Assembly: GCA_043809315.1 (NCBI GenBank)
Contig: JAZDDX010000007.1
Span: 1-64,000, forward strand
From: Pseudomonadota bacterium
GTDB lineage: Bacteria > Bdellovibrionota_G > JALEGL01 > DATDPG01
Length of the DNA: 64,000 nt
Direction: 5' to 3'
Shown piece after piece: positions 29,003 through 38,310 of the stretch. Numbering within the stretch: position 1 is the stretch's first letter; every line of letters starts with the position of its first letter. The notes below the pieces were generated by a model that searched no databases, was not told where the DNA came from, and saw only the letters and a program-made list of their open reading frames with translations. The translations under genes were made by a program, and so were the position numbers.

Positions 29003-29019
29003 TGGCGGAGGAGGAGGGA
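29003..29019 (-). repeat. att direct repeat (distal end of island C)
   Basis: 17-bp identity to 38219-38235. Confidence 0.9.
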
Positions 29020-29662
29020 AGCAGTCCCGCCCTTCGTAACTACGCCAACAAAAAGGAAAATACTTTCCGATCAGCAGGATAGCAATTCCTCAATATCATC
29101 CGATTACATCGGTTCACACGCATTTACAGGTCACCTGTTACCGAAATGTTACCGTAACCGATCATTCCCCTCCCCCACCTCCACCACCTTTTCGCTGGCG
29201 ACAAACGGCGGAGAGGAAACAAAAGCTGAATTGCGCTTCCAACCTTCTTCCGAGGGAGTTCCCTTCGGGTTCCTACGGGGTTCTTTCACAGTTCACTGGT
29301 AGGAACTCCGAAAGAACTCTGGCCAAAACAACAAGTGTCTGAATTCACAAATCAAAGAACGTGCCCCGGAAACTTTTTCCTCTCGCATTTTCCGCCGACC
29401 ACACCCCCACTACCATGTAAAAAAATGATTTTTGGGGTTGTGGTCGGTGCAAGAATGCTCGAGGGGTGGTTGGGGGCACGAAGAGAGATTTGGGATTCAA
29501 GAATGAGGTCTTTGGGTTGATAGAAGATGGAGAGTTTGGTTGATGGTTTGATGTTGGGAAGAGGCAAGGTGAGGGTGGACGTGTTCGGGGTTGGTCGGTC
29601 TCCGGAAAACGGCTGTTTACTATATTCGCTAAATTCGTTATATTATCTAGTGTAGTAAAGTT

Positions 29663-30253
29663 ATGAAAACGTCACCCCGGGAAAGACTGCTAACGTTTCT
29701 GAGCCGGAACGACTTCGCCACCCTCAAGGAGGCACATGCCTTCGGGGTCAGCAAGATGACCCTTTCCCACATGGTTCGAGGGGGGGTGCTCCACCGCCCG
29801 GCCAAACGCATTTACACAACCAAGACAGGTTGGCTGGCCGATCCCCTGCGGCGATATGCCCCCGCCTGCACCCTGTACGCTGATGCCGTGGTCTGCGGAG
29901 TATCGGCACTAGCCTATTACGATCTGACCGACGAAGAGGAAAAGAAGATCTGGCTCGCGTTTCCCCAGCACCATCGGATCGTCAACCAGGAGTACCGGCT
30001 GACCTACCCCAGCGGCCCGTCATACACCCTGGGTGTTACCCGGCATACGGTCGGCAATCGGGAGGTGCGCATTTACAGCCCAGAGAAGAGCGTGGTGGAC
30101 GCGTTCAAGTATCTTCCGATTGATGTTGCTCACAAGGCCGTTCGGGCTTACCTCAAGCGGAAAGACAGGGACCTCGACAAGCTCTCGAAATATGGCAAAC
30201 AGATGCGAAAGCCGCTGGATGATATTCTCACGGTACTTCTTTCGGATGAGTAG
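29663..30253 (+). CDS. AbiEi-family antitoxin
   Basis: N-terminal wHTH; SALAYYDLTD, IYSPEKSVVDAF; upstream of abiEii. Confidence 0.85.
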   Translation: MKTSPRERLLTFLSRNDFATLKEAHAFGVSKMTLSHMVRGGVLHRPAKRIYTTKTGWLADPLRRYAPACTLYADAVVCGVSALAYYDLTDEEEKKIWLAFPQHHRIVNQEYRLTYPSGPSYTLGVTRHTVGNREVRIYSPEKSVVDAFKYLPIDVAHKAVRAYLKRKDRDLDKLSKYGKQMRKPLDDILTVLLSDE

Positions 30254-30256
30254 CCC

Positions 30257-31105
30257 ATGACGACCAACGCCGAAAGCATTCGGGCCAAGCTCCTGACTGT
30301 CTCCAAAGAGAAGAAGATCATCTTCCAGGATCTGCTGAACCGCTATGGAGCGGAACAGTTCTTGGCGCGACTTTCGGCGTCCCGATATGTGGAACGTTTT
30401 ATCTTCAAAGGCGGATCGCTTCTTACCTACCTGATCGAGTCTGACCGCCGAACCAAGGATCTCGATTTTTCTGTTCTCAGGATCGGCCACGAGGTTGAAA
30501 AGGCTCTCGAGGTCATCAAAAAGATCTTGGGAATCACCCTCGACGACGGGCTGACCTGGCTTTCTCCTCAAGGGGCGCCGCTACGCCACCCGGAGTTGGT
30601 TTATCCGGGCCTACGGATTAAATGCCCATTCAAGCTGGGCACGGCAAAAGGGATGGTTCGAATGGACCTGGCGGCTGGAGATCTCGTCGAACCCAGGAAG
30701 ATCTTTCTCGCAAGAATTCGTTACCGAGGCAAACCGCTGATCGGACCGGATTTTTCCATTATGGCTTACCCGCCTGAAACGATCTTCGCCGAGAAGATGC
30801 AAATCGCCGTCAAGCGGGGCGGCCAAAATACGCGAATGAAGGATTACTACGATCTGTTCAAACTCGCTCAGTCAAAGACTCTGGAGCCGTCTCTTCTTCG
30901 GCGCAGCATTGAGCGAACTTTCAGCAAACGCACCACAACGTTCACGACCACCTTGGACCTGAGCGACGAGAATTTGAAGAAGTTGCAGGTTTACTGGTCT
31001 GCGTATCTCCGAAAAATGACCATCACCGATGCGCCCGGAGCATTGAGGGAGGTTGTTCGCTTGGTTAACCGCCTATTAGAGGCGATTCACAAAGATGAAC
31101 GATAG
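30257..31105 (+). CDS. AbiEii-family nucleotidyltransferase toxin
   Basis: SIRAKL, FIFKGG, RRTKDLDF, YPPETIFAEK, NTRMKDYYD. Confidence 0.9.
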   Translation: MTTNAESIRAKLLTVSKEKKIIFQDLLNRYGAEQFLARLSASRYVERFIFKGGSLLTYLIESDRRTKDLDFSVLRIGHEVEKALEVIKKILGITLDDGLTWLSPQGAPLRHPELVYPGLRIKCPFKLGTAKGMVRMDLAAGDLVEPRKIFLARIRYRGKPLIGPDFSIMAYPPETIFAEKMQIAVKRGGQNTRMKDYYDLFKLAQSKTLEPSLLRRSIERTFSKRTTTFTTTLDLSDENLKKLQVYWSAYLRKMTITDAPGALREVVRLVNRLLEAIHKDER

Positions 31106-31142
31106 ACTCGAACTTGCTATCCAACCGCAAAGAAATCTTAGG

Positions 31143-31832
31143 TTAAACTGGGGCAAAAAACTGTCTCCAGCTCAGGTAGGCCCCAACGACCAAGAAGGTG
31201 ACTCCCGTGATCTGTTTCCCCCATCGCTCGAGCCGGCCAAGGATGTCGAGCACCCTTCCGACGTAGTTCGCGCCGAAAGCGAGAAGAGTTGCGACCATGA
31301 CAACGGGCAAGGCCGTTCCAATCCCGAATAGCGTCGGAAGAATCACCGGCGACTGATTCGTGATCGCCAGAGGGATCAGGCTGCCGAAATAAAGTCCGGC
31401 GGACACCGGACAGAAAGAGAGACCAAAGATGAATCCCAGGAAGCCGATACCCCATAACCCCCATGCCTTGGCTCTATGAAAAGATCTCTCGCCCAGACTC
31501 CAGGAAGGGAGGGGAATTCGAATCCACCCGAGGACGATGAGACCGATGACAAAAAGCAACGGACCGAGAACCTGGTTCATTCGTCGTTGGAGAAACCATG
31601 CGACTGGGGGAATCTGAAGCAGGCCCGCAACAAGGAACGCTCCAAGGAGGACATATGCTGCGGCACGCCCCAGAGTGTAAATGAGCCCGCTGACGAAGAT
31701 CCTTTTTGAGGAGGTCACCTCACTCCCAATAAAGGAGATCGCTGCAATGTTGGTTGCCAGCGGGCACGGACTGATGGAGGTCAGAATCCCCAACCAGAGC
31801 GCCGTGACCGCGCCGACAAGGGCTGTGATCAA
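31143..31832 (-). CDS. DsbD/CcdA-like membrane protein (ArsG-like)
   Basis: LGILTSISPCPLATNIAAIS, LSFCPVSA; TTG start overlaps the upstream stop. Confidence 0.75.
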   Translation of the reverse strand: MITALVGAVTALWLGILTSISPCPLATNIAAISFIGSEVTSSKRIFVSGLIYTLGRAAAYVLLGAFLVAGLLQIPPVAWFLQRRMNQVLGPLLFVIGLIVLGWIRIPLPSWSLGERSFHRAKAWGLWGIGFLGFIFGLSFCPVSAGLYFGSLIPLAITNQSPVILPTLFGIGTALPVVMVATLLAFGANYVGRVLDILGRLERWGKQITGVTFLVVGAYLSWRQFFAPV

Positions 31833-32311
31833 GAAGGACCCTCCAGATACTGCCGCACCTCTGCAACGACGTATTGTTTGTAAGCATTCTCGTCCCGCAC
31901 AAGCTCCCAAATCTTCGCCAGGCTTTTCCACCGTTTCTGCGTCCCATTGTCCACATCCGCAACCACAAGCGACTTCGTGAAGAGCTGGTAATCCTTCACA
32001 AAGTGTTCGTTTCCCCCGTCTTCAACGTTGATCGCCTGCCAGACCAGATTTCCGTTCTTCATCTCCTTACCGAAGTTCTCCTGAATCGCCTCGCGGGCGA
32101 GGTTTTCCAGCTTGTGACATGTGACGCATCGTAGGGAACCGTGGAAGTAATAAACGCGGACAAAGTGTGCCTGGACAGGAATCTTGGGAGCATTCGATTG
32201 CGCCGCGGTTTGGGGTAGCTCCGTCCGTTTCGGACGCTGGCCCACCAAGAAAAAGGCGATCCCCAAAACGAGCAAGACGGTCGTCTGAAAAACAATGTCT
32301 TTTCGACTCAT
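31829..32311 (-). CDS. Periplasmic thioredoxin-like protein (ArsF-like)
   Basis: N-terminal anchor; VYYFHGSLRCVTC; NEHFVKDYQL.TKSL. Confidence 0.75.
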   Translation of the reverse strand: MSRKDIVFQTTVLLVLGIAFFLVGQRPKRTELPQTAAQSNAPKIPVQAHFVRVYYFHGSLRCVTCHKLENLAREAIQENFGKEMKNGNLVWQAINVEDGGNEHFVKDYQLFTKSLVVADVDNGTQKRWKSLAKIWELVRDENAYKQYVVAEVRQYLEGPS

Positions 32312-32727
32312 TCCAATTCCTTTCCGGTCAGCCGTTCTTGGCAACCGACGTCGCGCAGAACCGTCTCCATCCGCTCTACAACGGCATCGACGTGGGAGCG
32401 GACCACCGGGGTTTCCCCCTTGACCATACCCAGGTTTGTCAGGCGAAGGTGGCGCACTTCGGCAAAGCCTTTTTGTTCCAGCAGGGTGCGGGCGCAATCC
32501 TTCTCGCACCCGTCGATCGCCGCGATCGACTCGGCCCCTCGGGCAGCATCCAGGTACATTGGAATTCCGGCACCAATCGCCGCGAGGCAACCGAGACGAA
32601 CTTTTTCATGGCGCCCCAGAGCCCGACCGGCCTGATCGGCGATCGCCCCCAGATTCGATGCTCCCGAGCATACGTACAAAAGTGTGACTGCGGTGCCTCC
32701 GCACGAACAGGTCGTCCCACCAGCCAC
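32308..32727 (-). CDS. DGC-domain putative zinc-binding protein
   Basis: CSGASNLG, GCLAAIG, AIDGCEKDCA. Confidence 0.85.
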   Translation of the reverse strand: MAGGTTCSCGGTAVTLLYVCSGASNLGAIADQAGRALGRHEKVRLGCLAAIGAGIPMYLDAARGAESIAAIDGCEKDCARTLLEQKGFAEVRHLRLTNLGMVKGETPVVRSHVDAVVERMETVLRDVGCQERLTGKELE

Positions 32728-32729
32728 GT

Positions 32730-32978
32730 TTATTTCTTTGCCGCTGCGTTCATCAGCCATGTCACGATCTCCGATGTTTCCGGAATTCTCCCGGCCGATT
32801 TCACCTCGCCGTCCACCACGAGCGCGGGCGTCATCATCACGCGGAATTTCATGATGTCAGCCATGTTCTCCAATTTTTCCAGCTCCACCGTCAACCCCGA
32901 GGCCGCCACGGCTTTCTCAGTCTCCGCGTACAGCTTCTTGCACTTTGTGCATCCCGGTCCCAATACCTGGATCTTCAT
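32730..32978 (-). CDS. Small redox-active thioredoxin family protein
   Basis: MKIQVLGPGCTKC...VMMTPALVVDGEVKSAGRIP. Confidence 0.9.
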   Translation of the reverse strand: MKIQVLGPGCTKCKKLYAETEKAVAASGLTVELEKLENMADIMKFRVMMTPALVVDGEVKSAGRIPETSEIVTWLMNAAAKK

Positions 32979-32986
32979 CGTTCCTC

Positions 32987-34441
32987 CTATAAGAGAATGT
33001 TAAACACATATCCGACCACTATGATTCCCGCGCCCACGACGGCTGCGAATGTCACAATGAGCGGAACCTTCAGAACTTTACGTAAAATGATCATCTCCGG
33101 CAGCGACAGGCCGATGACCGACATCATGAATGCCAAGGCCGTGCCCAACGCCGCCCCCTTACCCAACAGCGCCTGCACCACGGGAATGATTCCGGCTGCA
33201 TTGGAATACATGGGAATGCCGATCAGGACGGCGAGCGGAACCGACCACCAGGAATCCTTGCCCATGATGGAAGCCATGAAGTCTTGCGGCACATAGCCGT
33301 GAATCCCAGCACCCACTGCAATACCGGCCAACACGTAGGGCCAGACTCTTCCGACGATCTCTTTGACGGCGTCGCGCCCGAACCTCGCGCGGTCCTCCCA
33401 AGTCACGTTGGTTTCGGCTCCAACAGAAGCTGGTTGTCCCGCGTCGTCCGTCGTCCGATAGACCCATTCCTCGACCCACTTTTCCAAGTGGAGTCTTCCG
33501 ATGACCCACCCGGCTACCATCGCAATGGCTAGGCCGGTACCGAGATAAAGTGCGGCGACCTTCCAGCCAAATAGGCCGAACAGGAGCACCAGCGCCACCT
33601 CGTTGACCATGGGAGCGGAGATCAAGAAGGAAAACGTCACCCCTAGCGGCACCCCGCTGGTCACGAAGCCGATAAAGAGCGGCACGGCGGAGCAGGAGCA
33701 GAACGGCGTCGGGATGCCTAAAATCGCAGCCAGAACATTGCCAACGGCCTCCCGTTTTCCGACCAGGATCCGGCGCGTGCGTTCCGGCGTGAAAAACGAC
33801 CGCAAAACCCCCACTCCGAACACAACCAAGGTGAGCAGCAGGACTACCTTTGGAGCCTCGAATACAAAAAACTCCACGGCAGCGGCTATGTGGCTGCCTG
33901 AAGACATGCCGAGCATCTGGTACGTGAAGAACTTTGAGAAAACCTCAAGATGTCGGTAGACCGCCCACCACACAACGACACCAAGACAAATGAGGAGTAC
34001 CTGAAGCCATCGTCGTGGTGGTTGGTCCTTAGTCGTAAGGAACGCTTCGATGCGGCGGCGTAGCTCGTCCCGTGTCTTTCGGAAAGCGTTGAGCCGATCC
34101 TCTTCCGAGCCTGTCACAGCTGCCGGATCGGGGAGCCCCCAATGGAGACGGCGGGCATTTCCCAGGAATACGGGGCACTCCTCTTCGGCGCACAGGGTGA
34201 TGACCGTATCGACCTCACCGGTGGGTACCTCCGCAACAGCTTTGGAACGATGACCCGAAATATCAATCCCGATCTCCCGCATAATGGTGATGGCTTCCGG
34301 GCGGACAGCGGTCGGCCTCGATCCAGCGGACCAGACTGGAACCGAGGAAGGCAAAATGGAACGTGCAATTCCTTCCGCCATTTGGCTCCGGGCCGAATTC
34401 GCCACGCAAAGGAAAAGGATTCGAGATTCCCGCTCAGTCAC
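32987..34441 (-). CDS. Fusion of thioredoxin-coupled arsenate reductase (ArsC) and ArsP-family permease
   Basis: N-terminal [32 protein letters not shown]-terminal [30 protein letters not shown]. Confidence 0.88.
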   Translation of the reverse strand: MTERESRILFLCVANSARSQMAEGIARSILPSSVPVWSAGSRPTAVRPEAITIMREIGIDISGHRSKAVAEVPTGEVDTVITLCAEEECPVFLGNARRLHWGLPDPAAVTGSEEDRLNAFRKTRDELRRRIEAFLTTKDQPPRRWLQVLLICLGVVVWWAVYRHLEVFSKFFTYQMLGMSSGSHIAAAVEFFVFEAPKVVLLLTLVVFGVGVLRSFFTPERTRRILVGKREAVGNVLAAILGIPTPFCSCSAVPLFIGFVTSGVPLGVTFSFLISAPMVNEVALVLLFGLFGWKVAALYLGTGLAIAMVAGWVIGRLHLEKWVEEWVYRTTDDAGQPASVGAETNVTWEDRARFGRDAVKEIVGRVWPYVLAGIAVGAGIHGYVPQDFMASIMGKDSWWSVPLAVLIGIPMYSNAAGIIPVVQALLGKGAALGTALAFMMSVIGLSLPEMIILRKVLKVPLIVTFAAVVGAGIIVVGYVFNILL

Positions 34442-35528
34442 AGGTAGCGCACCTCACGGATTCGACTTTGGCCTTGTCCGACGGGAAGTAACGTGACCGG
34501 AGCCGGAGCGCGACGTTCACCAAGCCGATCAATACTGGCACTTCGACCAGGGGACCGATTACCGCCGCAAAGGCCGCCCCGTGATTGATGCCGAACGTGG
34601 CGATAGCCACAGCGATGGCCAGTTCGAAATTGTTCGATGCCGCGGTGAAGGAAAGGGTTGCCGATTGACCATACGTCGCACCCACCTTCTTGCTCATGAA
34701 GAAGGAGACGAAGAACATGACGACGAAGTAGATGAGGAGCGGGATCGCAATCCGCACCACATCGAACGGGAGTTGCACGATGTACTCCCCCTTGAGCGAG
34801 AACATCACGACGATGGTAAAGAGCAGGGCAATGAGCGTGATCGGGCTGATCTTCGGAATGAACTTTTCGTGATACCAAGTCTTGTTCTTCCACTTGATCA
34901 GCACAAAGCGCGTCGTCACCCCCGCAAGGAATGGAATCCCCAGGTAGATAAAGACGCTCTTGGCGATCTCTCCGATGGTCACATGGACCGCCACGCCCTT
35001 GAGGCCGAACCAGGTCGGCAGCACGGTGATGAATACGTAGGCGTAGACCGAAAAGAAGAGAACCTGGAAGATCGAGTTAAACGCCACCAGACCCGCGCAG
35101 TATTCGGTGTCGCCGTCCGCCAGATCATTCCAGACGATGACCATAGCAATACACCGCGCCAAGCCGATCATGATCAACCCGACCATGTACTCGGGCTTGT
35201 CATGCAAGAAGAGAACGGCGAGACCGAACATCAGAATAGGTCCTACGACCCAGTTCTGAACCAAAGAGAGTGAAAGGACTTTCACATTCTTGAAGACCGG
35301 CCCCATGTCCTCATAACGGACCTTGGCTAGCGGCGGGTACATCATAAGAATAAGGCCGATGGCAATTGGTATTGACGTGGTTCCAACACTAAGACGGTTT
35401 AGCGCCGGAACGACACCAGGAACCAAATAGCCGAGAAACACCCCGAATCCCATCGCAAGAAAGATCCAGAGCGTGAGGAAACGATCTAAGAACGAAAGTG
35501 CTGCAAAAGCTCCTGATTTCACTCTCAC
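34434..35528 (-). CDS. acr3: Arsenite efflux transporter Acr3
   Basis: [53 protein letters not shown]. Confidence 0.95.
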   Translation of the reverse strand: MRVKSGAFAALSFLDRFLTLWIFLAMGFGVFLGYLVPGVVPALNRLSVGTTSIPIAIGLILMMYPPLAKVRYEDMGPVFKNVKVLSLSLVQNWVVGPILMFGLAVLFLHDKPEYMVGLIMIGLARCIAMVIVWNDLADGDTEYCAGLVAFNSIFQVLFFSVYAYVFITVLPTWFGLKGVAVHVTIGEIAKSVFIYLGIPFLAGVTTRFVLIKWKNKTWYHEKFIPKISPITLIALLFTIVVMFSLKGEYIVQLPFDVVRIAIPLLIYFVVMFFVSFFMSKKVGATYGQSATLSFTAASNNFELAIAVAIATFGINHGAAFAAVIGPLVEVPVLIGLVNVALRLRSRYFPSDKAKVESVRCATCD

Positions 35529-35980
35529 TTTACCCTCCCTGCATCCGCAGACTGCCTAATCGGCTTTGTCGTTCCGCTCTCAAAACAGTCAAGAACCCTG
35601 CAACAGGTTGCTGAAAGGTCTCTCGCTTCGACCGTTGCGGACAATTTTCTGAGCGAAGCCCTTATGCGTTTAAGGTCCCGGATCTTTGCTTCCACCTCAA
35701 CCAGCTTTGCATCGGCCGTTGTTTTCAAATCCCCGCAGGTTCCCCTGGGGCTTACGTTGAGTTCCAGAAGTTCCTTGATCTCCTTCAACGTGAATCCAAG
35801 CTCTTGGGCCCGCTTAACGAACTCGATTCTCCGGCTGTCATCCGGAGCATATTGCCGGTATCCGGTGCCTTTGGACGGTTTTCGGATGATCCCCTTTCGC
35901 TCGTAGAAACGGACCGTTTCCACGCCGACGCCGGATTGTTTTGCTAGATCACCAATCGTGAACTTTCGGCCCGAAGACAT
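35525..35980 (-). CDS. MerR-family metal-responsive transcriptional regulator
   Basis: [36 protein letters not shown]; Cys82, Cys126, Cys127, Cys132. Confidence 0.92.
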   Translation of the reverse strand: MSSGRKFTIGDLAKQSGVGVETVRFYERKGIIRKPSKGTGYRQYAPDDSRRIEFVKRAQELGFTLKEIKELLELNVSPRGTCGDLKTTADAKLVEVEAKIRDLKRIRASLRKLSATVEARDLSATCCRVLDCFESGTTKPIRQSADAGRVK

Positions 35981-35986
35981 GGCCGA

Positions 35987-36018
35987 ATGTTACACCCCGT
36001 ACTAAGGTACGGAGTCAA
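35987..36018 (-). promoter_or_regulatory. MerR-type promoter/operator
   Basis: Minus strand TTGACT-CCGTACCTTAGTACGG-GGTG-TAACAT: 20-nt spacer containing a CCGTAC/GTACGG dyad. Confidence 0.88.
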
Positions 36019-36102
36019 GAGGTCAAAACAAAGACATTGGATGTATCGACAATAAAAAGTCAGTTCGATTCGATAGAAATCAAAGAATTGCGACCGTCAT
36101 TC

Positions 36103-36807
36103 TCACTTCCGTCGGATTCCTTTGAAAAATTCCCTTCGTCGGTGTTTTTCAGTTTCCTGAAAAGCTTCCAACGATTTGAGAAAGGTTTCGCCAAAGCGTT
36201 TCTGGAGCGCCTCGTATACGAGTTTTTCGTGGAGTGCCCCGACACTCAGATGCAATTCGTTCGCTAACTGCCGCACGAAAGAGCTGATTTCCCGGCTATG
36301 GTACCGAGCGATCCCAATCAAAGCCGGCTTCTTCGTGTAATCGAGACGCTTCGCCCTGCCCTGATTCTGCGGCTTCTTCTTACGACGTACATAGACCTCG
36401 GGAGGATTCTCCAGCTCATCAACCAATACCCTTCGAATCACTTCGGAAAGACTGACCGCGTTCTTCTTTGCAACCCCTTCCAATTGACCTTGGGTCCGTT
36501 CATTGATAACCACCCGTAAATTCACGGTCTTATTCTGATTTGACCATTGAGGAGATGGGCCCTTGGGAAGTGATTCTCCCCATCTCATCCCCGTTTCATG
36601 ATCGACCAGGGTTGCATAGATAAACTCCGTGATCGTCTCCCCATAATCCAGCGCTCTCTCACCGAGCGCATTCCGGAATTCCGGCTCCAGCCGAAGAGTC
36701 ATAAAGAGCTTCCGTATGAGCGCGGTGGATAGGCTTGGAAGGATCTGAGTCCGCCGAAGAACCAGGTAATCGGAAAAAGTTGGCTTTTCCTTGGGTGCCC
36801 CCGTCAC
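36103..36807 (-). CDS. Hypothetical protein with ribbon-helix-helix-like segment(s), divergent from the integrase
   Basis: LRVVINERTQGQLEGVAKKNAVSLSEVIRRVL. Confidence 0.55.
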   Translation of the reverse strand: MTGAPKEKPTFSDYLVLRRTQILPSLSTALIRKLFMTLRLEPEFRNALGERALDYGETITEFIYATLVDHETGMRWGESLPKGPSPQWSNQNKTVNLRVVINERTQGQLEGVAKKNAVSLSEVIRRVLVDELENPPEVYVRRKKKPQNQGRAKRLDYTKKPALIGIARYHSREISSFVRQLANELHLSVGALHEKLVYEALQKRFGETFLKSLEAFQETEKHRRREFFKGIRRK

Positions 36808-36899
36808 AGACCCATAAATCTAAAGGAATTCAAGGAGATGCACAATGCACAGAGTACAGACTCTTGTGGCCTTGCATTCGATCTATCGTGGCCGTATGT

Positions 36900-38141
36900 A
36901 TGACTCATAAATACATGCACCTAGTTCGACGAGAGATTGCAACTCGACCCCCGAAAGAGCGGTGGATTCGAATCCATAACCACCCAGGAATTGCCCGCCT
37001 GGAGAAGTGGAACCCTGTTTTAAAGCGATGGATCGATCCACGCCATGATGCCTACTGCCGCCTGAAGGTATTTTGCGCCTACCGGCGAATACGCGTCCTA
37101 GGCAAGAGCACACTCCAAAAGAAGCACTTCCAAACTATTCGCGAAGCCAAAGCCTGGCGGCTGGAGGCCAATCCCGAGCCGACAGCTCGCAAGGCGATCC
37201 AGGTAACGGTTGGGGACGCGATCGAAGGGTGGAGGGAGTGGTCCAAACCTCCAAGGTTTCGAAAGACTTCCTGGCTTCAATACGCCAAAGACGTTCGCCA
37301 CGCGGAGTCCCTCAAAGATGCCCCGATCGAAGGACTGACTGCACAGGATATTGACCGCTGGCTCCAGCACCTCAAAGATCCGTCATATCCCAAACAGAAG
37401 ACACGGGTGTCGTTCGAACGCGAGCTCAGCACACTTCAGACGATCTTCCGATGGTATCGGGAACGTCGAAATGAGAAGTTTCAGCACCCGATCCTGGCCC
37501 GACACAGGCAGGACTCGTACTTTCGGGATCCTCCCCTCGGGGGCATCGAGGTTCTCTCCGCCCATCAGGCGGAGGAATTCTTCGCCCGAATCTCCGCCAG
37601 ACATTCACCCGTCTTTCAGCGGACCGCGGCCCTACAACTCTTCGCCGGCTTACGAATCGGCGAGGCGTGCGGTCTTTATTGGGATTGCGTCGATTTCGAA
37701 GGAAGAACAATCACGGTTCGTCGGTCGTGCATTTGGCCCCAGCCTGCGATGAGGGCAGAGATCCAGGACACGACCAAGACCAGCTCGGTCCGAAGCATCC
37801 CGATCGTAGACCGCCTCTACGATCTTATAGTGACATGGAAAGCCGAAGACGGAGAGATGGAGATCGTCTGCCATAAGGCCGGGCGGCTGATCCGGCGGAA
37901 TACCGTGGCCGGAGCCTACGGGAAGGTGTTCCGACAGCTTGAACTTCGGGTCAAGAGCGTCACCCACATTCTCCGCCGGACGTTTGCCACCCTTCACGCC
38001 GAACAGACCCGAGACCTGGCTGCCACTCAGGCGCTCCTGGGACATACTGACATTCAGACGACGCAGATTTACGCGAAGGTAACAGATGGAGCCGTAAGAA
38101 GGTCGATGCCTGATTTCGCGTTCGGCCGGAGAAAATCCTGA
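36900..38141 (+). CDS. Tyrosine recombinase/integrase
   Basis: AGLRIGEACGL, TKT, HILRRTFA, LLGH, TTQIY; start uncertain. Confidence 0.93.
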   Translation: MTHKYMHLVRREIATRPPKERWIRIHNHPGIARLEKWNPVLKRWIDPRHDAYCRLKVFCAYRRIRVLGKSTLQKKHFQTIREAKAWRLEANPEPTARKAIQVTVGDAIEGWREWSKPPRFRKTSWLQYAKDVRHAESLKDAPIEGLTAQDIDRWLQHLKDPSYPKQKTRVSFERELSTLQTIFRWYRERRNEKFQHPILARHRQDSYFRDPPLGGIEVLSAHQAEEFFARISARHSPVFQRTAALQLFAGLRIGEACGLYWDCVDFEGRTITVRRSCIWPQPAMRAEIQDTTKTSSVRSIPIVDRLYDLIVTWKAEDGEMEIVCHKAGRLIRRNTVAGAYGKVFRQLELRVKSVTHILRRTFATLHAEQTRDLAATQALLGHTDIQTTQIYAKVTDGAVRRSMPDFAFGRRKS

Positions 38142-38218
38142 GACCTGTTACCTTTTGTTACCTTAATGGTGTTTTGGGTGAGTGTGATCTGAATGTTTTC
38201 AACTGGTTAAGAATTTTT

Positions 38219-38310
38219 TGGCGGAGGAGGAGGGATTCGAACCCCCGATACGAATCTCTTCGTATGCCGGTTTTCAAGACCGGTGCCTTCAACCACTCGG
38301 CCACTCCTCC
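38219..38310 (-). tRNA. tRNA-Ser(TGA)
   Basis: GGAGGAGTGGCCGAGTGG...CCGGT-CT TGA AA-ACCGG, long variable arm, CCA. Confidence 0.95.

Larger units (their letters stand above)
27693..29019. mobile_element. Island D: 1.3-kb single-gene insertion at tRNA-Ser(TGA)
   Basis: Between two att copies; its right end (CCGAATGATTCCGAAGACTTAAA) resembles the right end of island B (CCGAATGATTTCCAGGACTTAAA). Confidence 0.6.
29003..38235. mobile_element. Island C: 9.2-kb integrative element at tRNA-Ser(TGA) with integrase, AbiE and ars operon
   Basis: att repeats; integrase adjacent to the tRNA; TGTTACC tandem arm repeats at 29136-29154 and 38146-38163. Confidence 0.92.

Noticed and set aside
29003-38235. 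Prophage or conjugative element
   Set aside because: No capsid, terminase, relaxase or T4SS genes recognised.
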